Source: Eledone cirrhosa (Eukaryota). From it: a DNA stretch of 64,000 nucleotides. Each line of letters begins with the position of its first letter. Position 1 is the stretch's first letter. The DNA is taken from assembly GCA_964016885.1 (NCBI GenBank), contig OZ024756.1, forward strand, positions 8,928,001-8,992,000. The letters run 5' to 3'. Position numbers and translations under genes: made by a program. The notes below the pieces were generated by a model. That model made no database searches. It saw only the letters and a list, made by a program, of their open reading frames with translations, and was not told the DNA's origin. This document shows, in pieces, positions 41,587 to 57,100 of this stretch.

Positions 41587-41834
41587 TATGTAGTTGCGAA
41601 TTTTTTACAGTTTGAATTCAAATCCCGTCTAAGTTAACATTGTCTGTCATCCCTTCGGAGTCGATAAAAGTACCAGTTATGTTCCGGGGGCGATATTATC
41701 GACTTCCTCCCCTCCTAAAATTGTTGGCCTACAAAGATGAGAGCACAAACACGTTTCGGGGTTTCTTTTCCTGCTGGCAGACATTGTAGTAAGGCTGAAA
41801 CAGCATTGTTTGCAGTGTACAGTGGTAGTAATAC

Positions 41835-42082
41835 TATTACAACTACTGCAACAACAACAATAACAACAATAACAACAACAACAACAACAACAACAATAAC
41901 AACAACAACAACAACAACAACTGCAACAATAACAACTGCTTCAACAATAACAACTGCAACAGTAACAACAACAACAGCAACAATAACAACAACAACAACA
42001 ACTGCAGCAGCAATAACAACTTCAACAATAACAACAAGAACTGCAACAATAACAACAACAACAACTGCAACAACAACTGCAA
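41835..42082. repeat. (AAC)n-rich microsatellite
   Basis: AAC/AAT/GCA trinucleotide tract. Confidence 0.93.
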
Positions 42083-42259
42083 TCGGCCGACCATACTAAA
42101 AGCATTATGTACGTTCGATGCAGGGTGACCCTATTATTTCGGAAAGATCTGGTTTTAATCTCGGGGTATAGGTTATCTACATAGACATGGATAATAAGTC
42201 GATTAATGGTAGAAATCTGGCCAATTTCTTCAGGGATTTACAAACCTTCTTGAAAACGA

Positions 42260-42690
42260 ACCCTTTTATGACTTTACGACAGGTTTATTTACCTCTTTCT
42301 TGGCATATATTTACTGCAACGGACGACAGACTGGTTACATTCCAAGCTATATTAGCTGGGGGTGTAGTAACACTGCTGAGGAAGGTATGAACGAGAGAAA
42401 CATAGACAATTTTTGACCTACTGAATACATAGTTTATTATTTTGACTGTCATACTTGTTGTTGGCAGCGTGGCCAAGAGTACACAGACCTGTGTAATTCC
42501 AGGTAGATTTATCCACAACTTCCACCTTATATGCTACATTGTGGAGGGGGTTGGTAATGAACCAAGCTTCGGTGATCAACCTAGCTTTAGTTCACTTAGA
42601 TCAACCAAAATCCTTCGATATTGTCGACCATCAGTATTTGGTGGAACTCCTCATTGCATACAGCTTTGGTTTAATTTTCAGCGGTTGACC
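42260..42690 (+). pseudogene. Tx1/L1-clade reverse transcriptase remnant
   Basis: Across frames: LAYIYCNGRQTGYIP..GVVTLLRK..IDNF*P..QTCVIPGRFIHN..ALVHLDQPKSFDIVDHQYL..FG, which resembles the LDQxKAFDxVDH RT motif. Confidence 0.78.
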
Positions 42691-43014
42691 ACTTCAATGT
42701 AAACATCATCTGCTCTATAGATTAAATGGCCACCGATTGGAACTGTTTTGATCACACACGCTTGATCCATCGATCAACACTTCTCGCATCGCTCCTGTGT
42801 GTTTTGTATCATATCTTGAGCCGTTGTTGTTCGTTGTCGTCCTCTCTTTATTTAAAGCTCTGTCAGAATTCAGTCTGTCAATTTTGAGCTTGATCTCTCG
42901 ATGATCACTTCTCACATCGCTCTTTTGTGTTTGTATTGTATGGTGAGCAGTTATCGTCCGTTGTCGCCCTGTGTTTCTTTTAGGCTCTGTCAGAATTCAG
43001 TCTGTCAATTTTGT

Positions 43015-43212
43015 GCTTGATGCCTCGATGCTTGATCCCTCGATGCTAGATCCCCCGATGCTTGATGCTTCGATGTTTGATCCCTCGATACTTGATCCCT
43101 CGATGCTTCATCCCTCGATGGTTGACCCCCCGATGTTTGATCCCTCGATGCTTGATCCCTCGATGTTTGATCCCTCGATGTTTAATCCCTCGATACTTGA
43201 TCCCCCGATGCC
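43015..43212. repeat. 15-bp minisatellite, ~13 copies
   Basis: Unit CTTGATCCCTCGATG; preceded by a degenerate ~130-bp tandem duplication (~42775-43020). Confidence 0.9.
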
Positions 43213-44037
43213 CTTATGTGTTTTATATCGTATGGCGAGCTGTTGTTGTTGACCGCTGTCCTCCTCTCTTTCCTCTAGGCTCTGTCACTCACCCTTCTGA
43301 CGTGTCCAATCCGACCCCATAGAATGTAATTCAATTTTGTTTGTTTTCGGATCAGTTTCGTTGTTTCATTGTCTTTCAATGTTATTCCAAGCATAATGCC
43401 TTCGTTGACATGTTAACTTGCTTGTTAGGTTTAATCTTTTGACAGGTCCCCTATTTCTACATCACAGGTCATTGTTGGGTTTAAACTGTTTTAAGGTTTA
43501 AGGCCATTTTCCTTCGTCTTTTTTCAAAGGAACTTGCTCCCCAGAAAAATAAACGAAAGAAAAGAATGAAGTTGATAAAAAGCCGTATACGTCGGCGCCA
43601 TGTTGAAAATAACCAAAAGTAAGAAAGACTAGGAAAACGATTTCTAAAGCTTAGAGAGCGGATGAAGCAAGGAAGGCGGTGGGGAGTTAATATCAATATT
43701 TACATTATACATGTGTAATGTTGAACGTTATTGTGTTTGTATGATGGGGGGGGGGGGGGCATCTGTGGGTTTAGTTTGTACTAACCCTTCCGGGATCTCA
43801 CACACACACTCTCTCTGTCTCTCTCTCACTCACTTTCTCACACTCTCACACTCTTTCACTCTCGCTCTCTCTCACACTCTCACACTCTTTCACTCTCGCT
43901 CTCTCTCACACTCTCACACTCTTTCACTCTCGCTCTCTCTCACATTCTCACACTCTTTCACTCTCGCTCTCATATATATATATATGTGTGCGTCTATGTC
44001 TGTATGTATTTGCAAACTTGACTGTCACCACAGAATA

Positions 44038-44076
44038 TGAACCTGAAGATTGCGAAAGCATGAAAGTACTTGTTCA
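44038..44076 (+). ncRNA. Apparently intact minimal hammerhead ribozyme
   Basis: tgaac-CTGAAGA-t tgc gaaa gca t-GAAA-gtac-TT-gttca. Perfect 5-bp stem I, GAAA-capped stem II, palindromic AGTACT stem III, CUU triplet. Confidence 0.82.
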
Positions 44077-44210
44077 ATTAACACTTAACATTTAATATTC
44101 TACCATACTATTTCATTCTAATACCATTGTACATTTTAAAGGATTGTAAATAAAACGAGTAAATCAGACAAAGTTGGAATTCCTTTTATTAATATATATA
44201 TATATATATA

Positions 44211-44401
44211 GTTTTAATATAGATGAGATTCTACAGGACTAGAACTGTTTCATTCTTTAGAAATCATCAGGAATCTAATGATTTCTAAAGAATGAAACAG
44301 TTCTAGTCCTGTAGAATCTCATCTATATTAAAACTTTTATACTCTGCAATGTATTGAGTACCTTACTTACTGTGGTTACCTCCGATTCAACCCGGAATAA
44401 C

Positions 44402-44402
<1 letters not shown>
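44211..44402. mobile_element. Fold-back PLE-like relic (family E) with HHR cores at the centre
   Basis: 57-bp perfect inverted arms 44211-44267 and 44279-44335; minus strand reads CTGATGA-tttctaaagaat-GAAA-cagttctag-TC; (TA)n on both sides. Confidence 0.7.
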
Positions 44403-44434
<32 letters not shown>

Positions 44435-44505
44435 CATATATATATAGAGAGAGAGAGAGTGAGAGTGAGTGAATATAATATAACTGTTTCTACTTTTTCT
44501 GTTTA

Positions 44506-44543
44506 CGAGGTGAGGATCCGCTAAGGTGAAACAATTGTTCTCG
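44506..44543 (+). ncRNA. Minimal hammerhead motif (C3-to-G variant)
   Basis: cgag-GTGAGGA-tcc gctaa ggt-GAAA-caattg-TT-ctcg. Confidence 0.65.
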
Positions 44544-44775
44544 GTATGGTGAACTAACTGTTGTGTGACCACTTCTAACTAACTCGTCCCATGGACTGAG
44601 TGCTCTACCACTACGGATATTACCTTCCAGTGCTCTACCATAATATATATATATATATATATATATATAAGTATTGAAGTTTCCGTTGAAAATTGAAAAA
44701 GTCATAGGAGTGAAGAGTGCTCTATGTAAGTTAGAGAGCTAAATTTAATGTATAATAAACAATACAATATAATTA

Positions 44776-44843
44776 CCTCATTACCAGAGGTTTCCCGAAT
44801 GATACGAATACAAGAATCGTCCGCATTCGTTCGTCAGACAAGG
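44776..44843 (-). ncRNA. Apparently intact hammerhead ribozyme
   Basis: Minus strand: ccttgt-CTGACGA-acgaatg..cattcgg-GAAA-cctctgg-TA-atgagg. 6-bp stem I with two G-U pairs; GUA triplet. Confidence 0.75.
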
Positions 44844-45151
44844 CAATTGAAGACATAGTAAAATATTTGAAAAATCTCCTCAAGAAAGGTAAAAGTTTAA
44901 CGGGCAAAAAAAATATATAAATAAAAGTAATGTAAGAGATATATAAAAATAAAATAAGGAAATATAGTAAGGGTATGTGTATAAATGTGTGTATATGCAC
45001 CTACAAATGTACATATGTGTGTATGTACAAATGCATGTGTATAGTGAAAAAATGTGTGCGTAAGTACATCTGTGAGGGCAAGCATATCAGTGTATGTGTA
45101 ACCACAAATACGTATATAATATATGTTGAGAAAGAAATTGTACGATAATAG

Positions 45152-48100
45152 ATATAGAACACTGTGTAACACCTATAGAACACTGTACCACCTATAGAAC
45201 ACTGTCTAACACCCATAGAACACTGTGTACCACCTATAGAACACTGTGTAACACCCATAGAACACTGTACCACCTATAGAACATTGTCTAACACCCATAG
45301 AACACTGTGTACCACCTATAGAACACTGTGTAACACCTATAGAACACTGTACCACCAATAGAACACTGTACCACCTATAGAACATTGTCTAACACCCATA
45401 GAACACTGTGTACCACCTATAGGACACTGTGTACCACCTATAGAACACTGTGTAACACCTATAGAACACTGTACCACCTATAGAACACTGTATAACACCT
45501 ATAGAACGCTGTGTAACACCCATAGAACACTGTACCACCTATAGAACACTGTATAACACCTATAGAAAACTGTGTAACACCCATAGAACACTGTACCACC
45601 TATAGAACATTGTTTAACACCCATAAAACACTGTGTACCACCTATAGAACACTGTGTAACACCTATAGAACACTGTACCACGTATAGAACTCTGTACCAC
45701 CTATAGAACACTCTACCACCCATAGAACACTGTGTACCACCTATAGGACACTGTGTACCACCTATAGAACACTGTACCACCTATAGAACACTGTGTAACA
45801 CCTATAGAACACTGTACCACCTATAGAACACTGTATAACACCTATAGAACGCTGTGTACCACCTATAGAACACTGTGTACCAACTATAGGACACTGTGTA
45901 ACACCTATAGAACATGTACCACCTATAGAACACTGTGTAACACCTATAGAACAATGTACCACCTATAGAACACTGTGTAACACCTATAGAACACTGTACC
46001 ACCTATAGAACACTGTGTAACACCTATAGAACACTGTACCACCTATAGAACACTGTATAACACCTATAGAACGCTGTGTACCACCTATAGAACACTGTGT
46101 ACCAACTATAGGACACTGTGTAACACCTATAGAACACTGTGCCACCTATAGAACACTCTACCACCTATAGAACACTGTGTAACACCTATAGAACACTGTG
46201 TACCAACTATAGAACACTGTGTAACACCTATAGAACACTGTGTAACACCTATAGAACACTGGGTGCCACCTATAGAACACTGTACCACCTATAGAACACT
46301 GTGTACCACCTATAGAACACTGTGTAACACCCATAGAACACTGTACCACCTATAGAACATTGTCTAACACCCATAGAACACTGTGTACCACCTATAGAAC
46401 ACTGTGTAACACCTATAGAACACTGTACCACCAATAGAACACTGTACCACCTATAGAACATTGTCTAACACCCATAGAACACTGTGTACCACCTATAGGA
46501 CACTGTGTACCACCTATAGAACACTGTGTAACACCTATAGAACACTGTACCACCTATAGAACACTGTATAACACCTATAGAACGCTGTGTAACACCCATA
46601 GAACACTATACCACCTATAGAACACTGTATAACACCTATAGAACACTGTGTAACACCCATAAAACACTGTACCACCTATAGAACATTGTTTAACACCCAT
46701 AGAACACTGTGTACCACCTATAGAACACTGTGTAACACCTATAGAACACTGTACCACCTATAGAACACTGTACCACCTATAGAACACTCTACCACCCATA
46801 GAACACTGTGTACCACCTATAGGACACTGTGTACCACCTATAGAACACTGTACCACCTATAGAACACTGTGTAACACCTATATAACACTGTACCACCTAT
46901 AGAACACTGTATAACACCTATAGAACGCTGTGTACCACCTATAGAACACTGTGTACCAACTATAGGACACTGTGTAACACCTATAGAACATGTACCACCT
47001 ATAGAACACTGTGTAACACCTATAGAACACTGTACCACCTATAGAACACTGTGTAACACCTATAGAACACTGTACCACCTATAGAACACTGTGTAACACC
47101 TATAGAACACTGTACCACCTATAGAACACTGTATAACACCTATAGAACGCTGTGTACCACCTATAGAACACTGTGTACCAACTATAGGACACTGTGTAAC
47201 ACCTATAGAACACTGTGCCACCTATAGAACACTCTACCACCTATAGAACACTGTGTAACACCTATAGAACACTGTGTACCAACTATAGAACACTGTGTAA
47301 CACCTATAGAACACTGTGTAACACCTATAGAACACTGAGTGCCACCTATAGAACACTGTACCACCTATAGAACACTGTGTACCACCTATAGAACACTGTG
47401 TAACACCCATAGAACACTGTACCACCTATAGAACATTGTCTAACACCCATAGAACACTGTGTACCACCTATAGGACACTGTGTACCACCTATAGAACACT
47501 GTGTAACACCTATAGAACACTGTACCACCTATAGAACACTGTATAACACCTATAGAACGCTGTGTAACACCCATAGAACACTGTACCACCTATAGAACAC
47601 TGTATAACACCTATAGAACACTGTGTAACACCCATAGAACACTGTACCACCTATAGAACATTGTTTAACACCCATAGAACACTGTGTACCACCTATAGAA
47701 CACTGTGTAACACCTATAGAACACTGTACCACCTATAGAACACTGTACCACCTATAGAACACTCTACCACCCATAGAACACTGTGTACCACCTATAGGAC
47801 ACTGTGTACCACCTATAGAACACTGTACCACCTATAGAACACTGTGTAACACCTATAGAACACTGTACCACCTATAGAACACTGTATAACACCTATAGAA
47901 CGCTGTGTACCACCTATAGAACACTGTGTACCAACTATAGGACACTGTGTAACACCTATAGAACATGTACCACCTATAGAACACTGTGTAACACCTATAG
48001 AACACTGTGTAACACCTATAGAACACTCTACCACCTATAGGACACTATGTAACACCTATAGAACACTGTGTACCAACTATAGAACAATGTGTACCAACTA

Positions 48101-51100
48101 TAGAACACTGTGTAACACCTATAGAACACTATGTACCAACTATAGAACACTGTGTACCAACTATAGAACACTGTGTAACACCTATAGAACACTGTGTACC
48201 AACTATAGAACACTGTGTACCAACTATAGAACACTGGATACCACCTATAGAACACTGTGTACCAACTATAGAACACTGTACCACCTATAGAACACTGGAT
48301 ACCACCTATAGAACACTCTACCACCTATAGAACACTGTGTACCAACTATAGAACACTGTGTAACACCTATAGAACACTGTGTACCAACTATAGAACACTG
48401 TGTTCCAACTATAGAACACTGGATACCACCTATAGAACACTGTGTACCAACTATAGAACACTGTGTACCAACTATAGAACACTGTGTACCAACTATAGAA
48501 CACTGTGTACCACCTATAGAACACTGTGTACCAACTATAGAACACTGTGTACCAACTATAGAACACTGTGTACCAACTATAGAACACTGGATACCACCTA
48601 TAGAACACTGTGTACCAACTATAGAACACTGTGTACCAACTATAGAACACTGTGTACCAACTATAGAACACTGTGTACCAACTATAGAACACTGGGTGCC
48701 ACCTATAGAACACTGTGTACCACCTATAGAACACTGGATACCAACTATAGAACACTGTGGACCACCTATAGAACACTGTGTACCAACTATAGAACACTGT
48801 GTAACACCTATAGAACACTGTGTAACACCTATAGAACACTGTGTACCAACTATAGAACACTGTGTAACACCTATAGAACACTGTGTAACACCTATAGAAC
48901 ACTGTGTACCACCTATAGAACACTGTACCACCTATAGAACACTGTGTACCACCTATAGAACACTGTGTACCAACTATAGAACACTGTGTAACACCTATAG
49001 AACACTGTGTAACAGCTATAGAACACTGGATACCACCTATAGAACACTGTGTACCACCTATAGAACACTGTGTACCAACTATAGAACACTGTGTAACACC
49101 TATAAAACACTGTGTAACACCTATAGAACACTGGATACCACCTATAGAACACTGTGTACCAACTATAGAACACTGTGTACCAACTATAGAACACTGTGTA
49201 CCAAATATAGAACACTGTGTACCACCTATAGAACACTGGATACCAACTATAGAACACTGTGTGCCACCTATAGAACACTGTGTGCCACCTATAGAACACT
49301 GTGTACCAACTATAGAACACTGTGTAACACCTATAGAACACTGTGTGCCACCTATAGAACACTGTGTACCAACTATAGAACACTGTGTAACACCTATAGA
49401 ACACTGTGTAACACCTATAGAACACTGGATACCACCTATAGAACACTGTGTACCACCTATAGAACACTGGGTGCCACCTATAGGACACTGTGTACCACCT
49501 ATAGAACACTGTACCACCTATAGAACACTGTGTAACACCTATAGAACACTGTATAACACCTATAGAACACTGTGTACCAACTATAGAACACTGGATACCA
49601 CCTATAGAACACTGTGTACCAACTATAGAACACTGTGTACCAACTATAGAACACTGTGTAACACCTATAGAACACTGTGTACCAACTATAGAACACTGGA
49701 TACCAACTATAGAACACTGGGTGCCAACTATAGAACACTGGATACCAACTATAGAACACTGGATACCAACTATAGAACACTGTGTACCAACTATAGAACA
49801 CTGTGTAACACCTATAGAACACTGTGTACCAACTATAGAACACTGGATACCAACTATAGAACACTGGATACCACCTATAGAACACTGTGTACCAACTATA
49901 GAACACTGGATACCAACTATAGAACACTGGATACCAACTATAGAACACTGTGTACCAACTATAGAACACTGTGTAACACCTATAGAACACTGTGTACCAA
50001 CTATAGAACACTGGATACCAACTATAGAACACTGGATACCACCTATAGAACACTGTGTACTACCTATAGAACACTGTGTACCAACTATAGAACACTGTGT
50101 ACCACCTATAGAACACTGTGTAACACCTATAGAACACTGGATACCACCTATAGAACACTGGGTACCAACTATAGAACACTGTGTACCAACTATAGAACAC
50201 TGTGTAACACCTATAGAACACTGTGTAACACCTATAGAACACTGGGTGCCACCTATAGAACACTGTACCACCTATAGAACACTGTGTACCACCTATAGAA
50301 CACTGTGTAACACCCATAGAACACTGTACCACCTATAGAACATTGTCTAACACCCATAGAACACTGTGTACCACCTATAGAACACTGTGTAACACCTATA
50401 GAACACTGTACCACCTATAGAACACTGTACCACCTATAGAACACTCTACCACCCATAGAACACTGTGTACCACCTATAGGACACTGTGTACCACCTATAG
50501 AACACTGTACCACCTATAGAACACTGTGTAACACCTATAGAACACTGTACCACCTATAGAACACTGTATAACACCTATAGAACGCTGTGTACCACCTATA
50601 GAACACTGTGTACCAACTATAGGACACTGTGTAACACCTATAGAACATGTACCACCTATAGAACACTGTGTAACACCTATAGAACACTGTGTAACACCTA
50701 TAGAACACTCTACCACCTATAGGACACTATGTAACACCTATAGAACACTGTGTACCAACTATAGAACAATGTGTACCAACTATAGAACACTGTGTAACAC
50801 CTATAGAACACTATGTACCAACTATAGAACACTGTGTACCAACTATAGAACACTGTGTAACACCTATAGAACACTGTGTACCAACTATAGAACACTGTGT
50901 ACCAACTATAGAACACTGGATACCACCTATAGAACACTGTGTACCAACTATAGAACACTGTACCACCTATAGAACACTGGATACCACCTATAGAACACTC
51001 TACCACCTATAGAACACTGTGTACCAACTATAGAACACTGTGTAACACCTATAGAACACTGTGTACCAACTATAGAACACTGTGTTCCAACTATAGAACA

Positions 51101-54100
51101 CTGGATACCACCTATAGAACACTGTGTACCAACTATAGAACACTGTGTACCAACTATAGAACACTGTGTACCAACTATAGAACACTGTGTACCACCTATA
51201 GAACACTGTGTACCAACTATAGAACACTGTGTACCAACTATAGAACACTGTGTACCACCTATAGAACACTGTGTACCAACTATAGAACACTGTGTACCAA
51301 CTATAGAACACTGTGTACCAACTATAGAACACTGTGTACCAACTATAGAACACTGGGTGCCACCTATAGAACACTGTGTACCACCTATAGAACACTGGAT
51401 ACCAACTATAGAACACTGTGGACCACCTATAGAACACTGTGTACCAACTATAGAACACTGTGTAACACCTATAGAACACTGTGTAACACCTATAGAACAC
51501 TGTGTACCAACTATAGAACACTGTGTAACACCTATAGAACACTGTGTAACACCTATAGAACACTGTGTAACACCTATAGAACACTGTACCACCTATAGAA
51601 CACTGTGTACCACCTATAGAACACTGTGTACCAACTATAGAACACTGTGTAACACCTATAGAACACTGTGTAACAGCTATAGAACACTGGATACCACCTA
51701 TAGAACACTGTGTACCACCTATAGAACACTGTGTACCAACTATAGAACACTGTGTAACACCTATAAAACACTGTGTAACACCTATAGAACACTGGATACC
51801 ACCTATAGAACACTGTGTACCAACTATAGAACACTGTGTACCAACTATAGAACACTGTGTACCAAATATAGAACACTGTGTACCACCTATAGAACACTGG
51901 ATACCAACTATAGAACACTGTGTGCCACCTATAGAACACTGTGTGCCACCTATAGAACACTGTGTACCAACTATAGAACACTGTGTAACACCTATAGAAC
52001 ACTGTGTGCCACCTATAGAACACTGTGTACCAACTATAGAACACTGTGTAACACCTATAGAACACTGTGTAACACCTATAGAACACTGGATACCACCTAT
52101 AGAACACTGTGTACCACCTATAGAACACTGGGTGCCACCTATAGGACACTGTGTACCACCTATAGAACACTGTACCACCTATAGAACACTGTGTAACACC
52201 TATAGAACACTGTATAACACCTATAGAACACTGTGTACCAACTATAGAACACTGGATACCACCTATAGAACACTGTGTACCAACTATAGAACACTGTGTA
52301 CCAACTATAGAACACTGTGTAACACCTATAGAACACTGTGTACCAACTATAGAACACTGGATACCAACTATAGAACACTGGATACCACCTATAGAACACT
52401 GTGTACTACCTATAGAACACTGTGTACCAACTATAGAACACTGTGTACCACCTATAGAACACTGTGTAACACCTATAGAACACTGGATACCACCTATAGA
52501 ACACTGGGTACCAACTATAGAACACTGTGTACCAACTATAGAACACTGTGTAACACCTATAGAACACTGTGTAACACCTATAGAACACTGGGTGCCACCT
52601 ATAGAACACTGTACCACCTATAGAACACTGTGTACCACCTATAGAACACTGTGTAACACCCATAGAGCACTGTACCACCTATAGAACATTGTCTAACACC
52701 CATAGAACACTGTGTACCACCTATAGAACACTGTGTAACACCTATAGAACACTGTACCACCAATAGAACACTGTACCACCTATAGAACATTGTCTAACAC
52801 CCATAGAACACTGTGTACCACCTATAGGACACTGTGTACCACCTATAGAACACTGTGTAACACCTATAGAACACTGTACCACCTATAGAACACTGTATAA
52901 CACCTATAGAACGCTGTGTAACACCCATAGAACACTGTACCACCTATAGAACACTGTATAACACCTATAGAACACTGTGTAACACCCATAGAACACTGTA
53001 CCACCTATAGAACATTGTTTAACACCCATAGAACACTGTGTACCACCTATAGAACACTGTGTAACACCTATAGAACACTGTACCACCTATAGAACACTGT
53101 ACCACCTATAGAACACTCTACCACCCATAGAACACTGTGTACCACCTATAGGACACTGTGTACCACCTATAGAACACTGTACCACCTATAGAACACTGTG
53201 TAACACCTATAGAACACTGTACCACCTATAGAACACTGTATAACACCTATAGAACGCTGTGTACCACCTATAGAACACTGTGTACCAACTATAGGACACT
53301 GTGTATCACCTATAGAACATGTACCACCTATAGAACACTGTGTAACACCTATAGAACACTGTACCACCTATAGAACACTGTGTAACACCTATAGAACACT
53401 GTACCACCTATAGAACACTGTGTAACACCTATAGAACACTGTACCACCTATAAAACACTGTATAACACCTATAGAACGCTGTGTACCACCTATAGAACAC
53501 TGTGTACCAACTATAGGACACTGTGTAACAGCTATAGAACATGTACCACCTATAGAACACTGTGTATCACCTATAGAACACTGTACCACCTATAGAACAC
53601 TGTGTAACACCTATAGAACACTGTACCACCTATAGAACACTGTGTAACACCTATAGAACACTGTACCACCTATAGAACACTGTATAACACCTATAGAACG
53701 CTGTGTACCACCTATAGAACACTGTGTACCAACTATAGGACACTGTGTAACACCTATAGAACACTGTGCCACCTATAGAACACTCTACCACCTATAGAAC
53801 ACTGTGTAACACCTATAGAACACTGTGTACCAACTATAGAACACTGTGTAACACCTATAGAACACTGTGTAACACCTATAGAACACTGGGTGCCACCTAT
53901 AGAACACTGTACCACCTATAGAACACTGTGTAACACCTATAGAACACTGTGTACCACCTATAGAACACTGTGTAACACCTATAGAACACTGTGTAACACC
54001 TATAGAACACTCTACCACCTATAGGACACTATGTAACACCTATAGAACACTGTGTACCAACTATAGAACAATGTGTACCAACTATAGAACACTGTGTAAC

Positions 54101-57100
54101 ACCTATAGAACACTATGTACCAACTATAGAACACTGTGTACCAACTATAGAACACTGTGTAACACCTATAGAACACTGTGTACCAACTATAGAACACTGT
54201 GTACCAACTATAGAACACTGGATACCACCTATAGAACACTGTGTAACACCTATAGAACACTGTGTAACACCTATAGAACACTGTGTACCAACTATAGAAC
54301 ACTGTGTACCAACTATAGAACACTGTACCACCTATAGAACACTGGATACCACCTATAGAACACTCTACCACATATAGAACACTGTGTACCAACTATAGAA
54401 CACTGTGTAACACCTATAGAACACTGTGTACCACCTATAGAACACTGGATACCACCTATAGAACACTGTGTACCACCTATAGAACACTGTGTACCAACTA
54501 TAGAACACTGTGTACCAACTATAGAACACTGTGTACCAACTATAGAACACTGTGTACCAACTATAGAACACTGTGTAACACCTATAGAACACTGTGTACC
54601 ACCTATAGAACACTGGATACCACCTATAGAACACTGTGTACCACCTATAGAACACTGTGTACCAACTATAGAACACTGTGTACCAACTATAGAACACTGT
54701 GTACCAAATATAGAACACTGTGTACCAACTATAGAACACTGTGTACCAACTATAGAACACTGTGTAACACCTATAGAACACTGTGTACCACCTATAGAAC
54801 ACTGGATACCACCTATAGAACACTGTGTACCACCTATAGAACACTGTGTACCAACTATAGAACACTGTGTACCAACTATAGAACACTGTGTACCAAATAT
54901 AGAACACTGTGTAACACCTATAGAACACTGTGTACCACCTATAGAACACTGGATACCACCTATAGAACACTGTGTACCACCTATAGAACACTGTGTACCA
55001 ACTATAGAACACTGTGTACCAACTATAGAACACTGTGTACCAACTATAGAACACTGTGTAACACCTATAGAACACTGTGTAACACCTATAGAACACTGGA
55101 TACCACCTATAGAACACTGTGTACCACCTATAGAACACTGGGTGCCACCTATAGGACACTGTGTACCACCTATGGAACACTGTACCACCTATAGAACACT
55201 GTGTAACACCTATAGAACACTGTATAACACCTATAGAACACTGTGTACCAACTATAGAACACTGGATACCACCTATAGAACACTGTGTACCAACTATAGA
55301 ACACTGTGTACCAACTATAGAACACTGTGTAACACCTATAGAACACTGTGTACCAACTATAGAACACTGGATACCAACTATAGAACACTGGATACCACCT
55401 ATAGAACACTGTGTACTACCTATAGAACACTGTGTACCAACTATAGAACACTGTGTACCACCTATAGAACACTGTGTAACACCTATAGAACACTGGATAC
55501 CACCTATAGAACACTGGGTACCAACTATAGAACACTGTGTACCAACTATAGAACACTGGGTGCCAACTATAGAAAACTGGGTGCCACCTATAGAACACTG
55601 GGCGCCACCTATAGAACACTGTGTAACACCTATAGAACACTGTACCACCTATAGAACACCGTGTAACACCTATAGAACACTGTACCACCTATAGAACACT
55701 GTATAACACCTATAGAACGCTGTGTACCACCTATAGAACACTGTGTACCAACTATAGGACACTGTGTAACACCTATAGAACACTGTACCACCTATAGAAC
55801 ACTCTACCACCTATAGAACACTGTGTAACACCTATAGAACACTGTGTACCAACTATAGAACACTGTGTAACACCTATAGAACACTGTGTAACACCTATAG
55901 AACACTGGGTGCCACCTATAGAACACCGTACCACCTATAGAACACTGTGTAACACCTATAGAACACTGTGTACCACCTATAGAACACTGTGTAACACCTA
56001 TAGAACACTGTGTAACACCTATAGAACACTCTACCACCTATAGGACACTATGTAACACCTATAGAACACTGTGTACCAACTATAGAACAATGTGTACCAA
56101 CTATAGAACACTGTGTAACACCTATAGAACACTATGTACCAACTATAGAACACTGTGTACCAACTATAGAACACTGTGTAACACCTATAGAACACTGTGT
56201 ACCAACTATAGAACACTGTGTACCAACTATAGAACACTGGATACCACCTATAGAACACTGTGTACCAACTATAGAACACTGTGTACCAACTATAGAACAC
56301 TGTGTACCAACTATAGAACACTGTGTACCAACTATAGAACACTGGGTGCCACCTATAGAACACTGTGTACCAACTATAGAACACTGTGTACCAACTATAG
56401 AACACTGTGTACCAACTATAGAACACTGTGTACCACCCATAGAACACTGTGTAACACCTATAGAACACTGGATACCAACTATAGAACACTGGGTACCAAC
56501 TATAGAACACTGGGTGCCACCTATAGAACACTGTGTACCAACTATAGAACACTGGATACCACCTATAGAACACTGTGTACCAACTATAGAACACTTTGTA
56601 CCACCTATAGAACACTGTGTACCAACTATAGAACACTGTGTACCAACTATAGAACACTGGGTGCCAACTATAGAACACTGTGTACCAACTATAGAACACT
56701 GTGTACCAACTATAGAACACTGGGTGCCAACTATAGAACACTGGGTGCCAACTATAGAACACTGTGTACCAACTATAGAACACTGGATACCACCTATAGA
56801 ACACTGTGTACCAACTATAGAACACTGTGTACCAACTATAGAACACTGTGTACCAACTATAGAACACTGTGTACCACCCATAGAACACTGTGTAACACCT
56901 ATAGAACACTGGATACCAACTATAGAACACTGTGTACCAACTATAGAACACTGGGTGCCAACTATAGAACACTGGGTGCCACCTATAGAACACTGTGTAA
57001 CACCTATAGAACACTGGGTACCAACTATAGAACACTGTGTACCAACTATAGAACACTGGGTGCCAACTATAGAACACTGTGTACCAACTATAGAACACTG

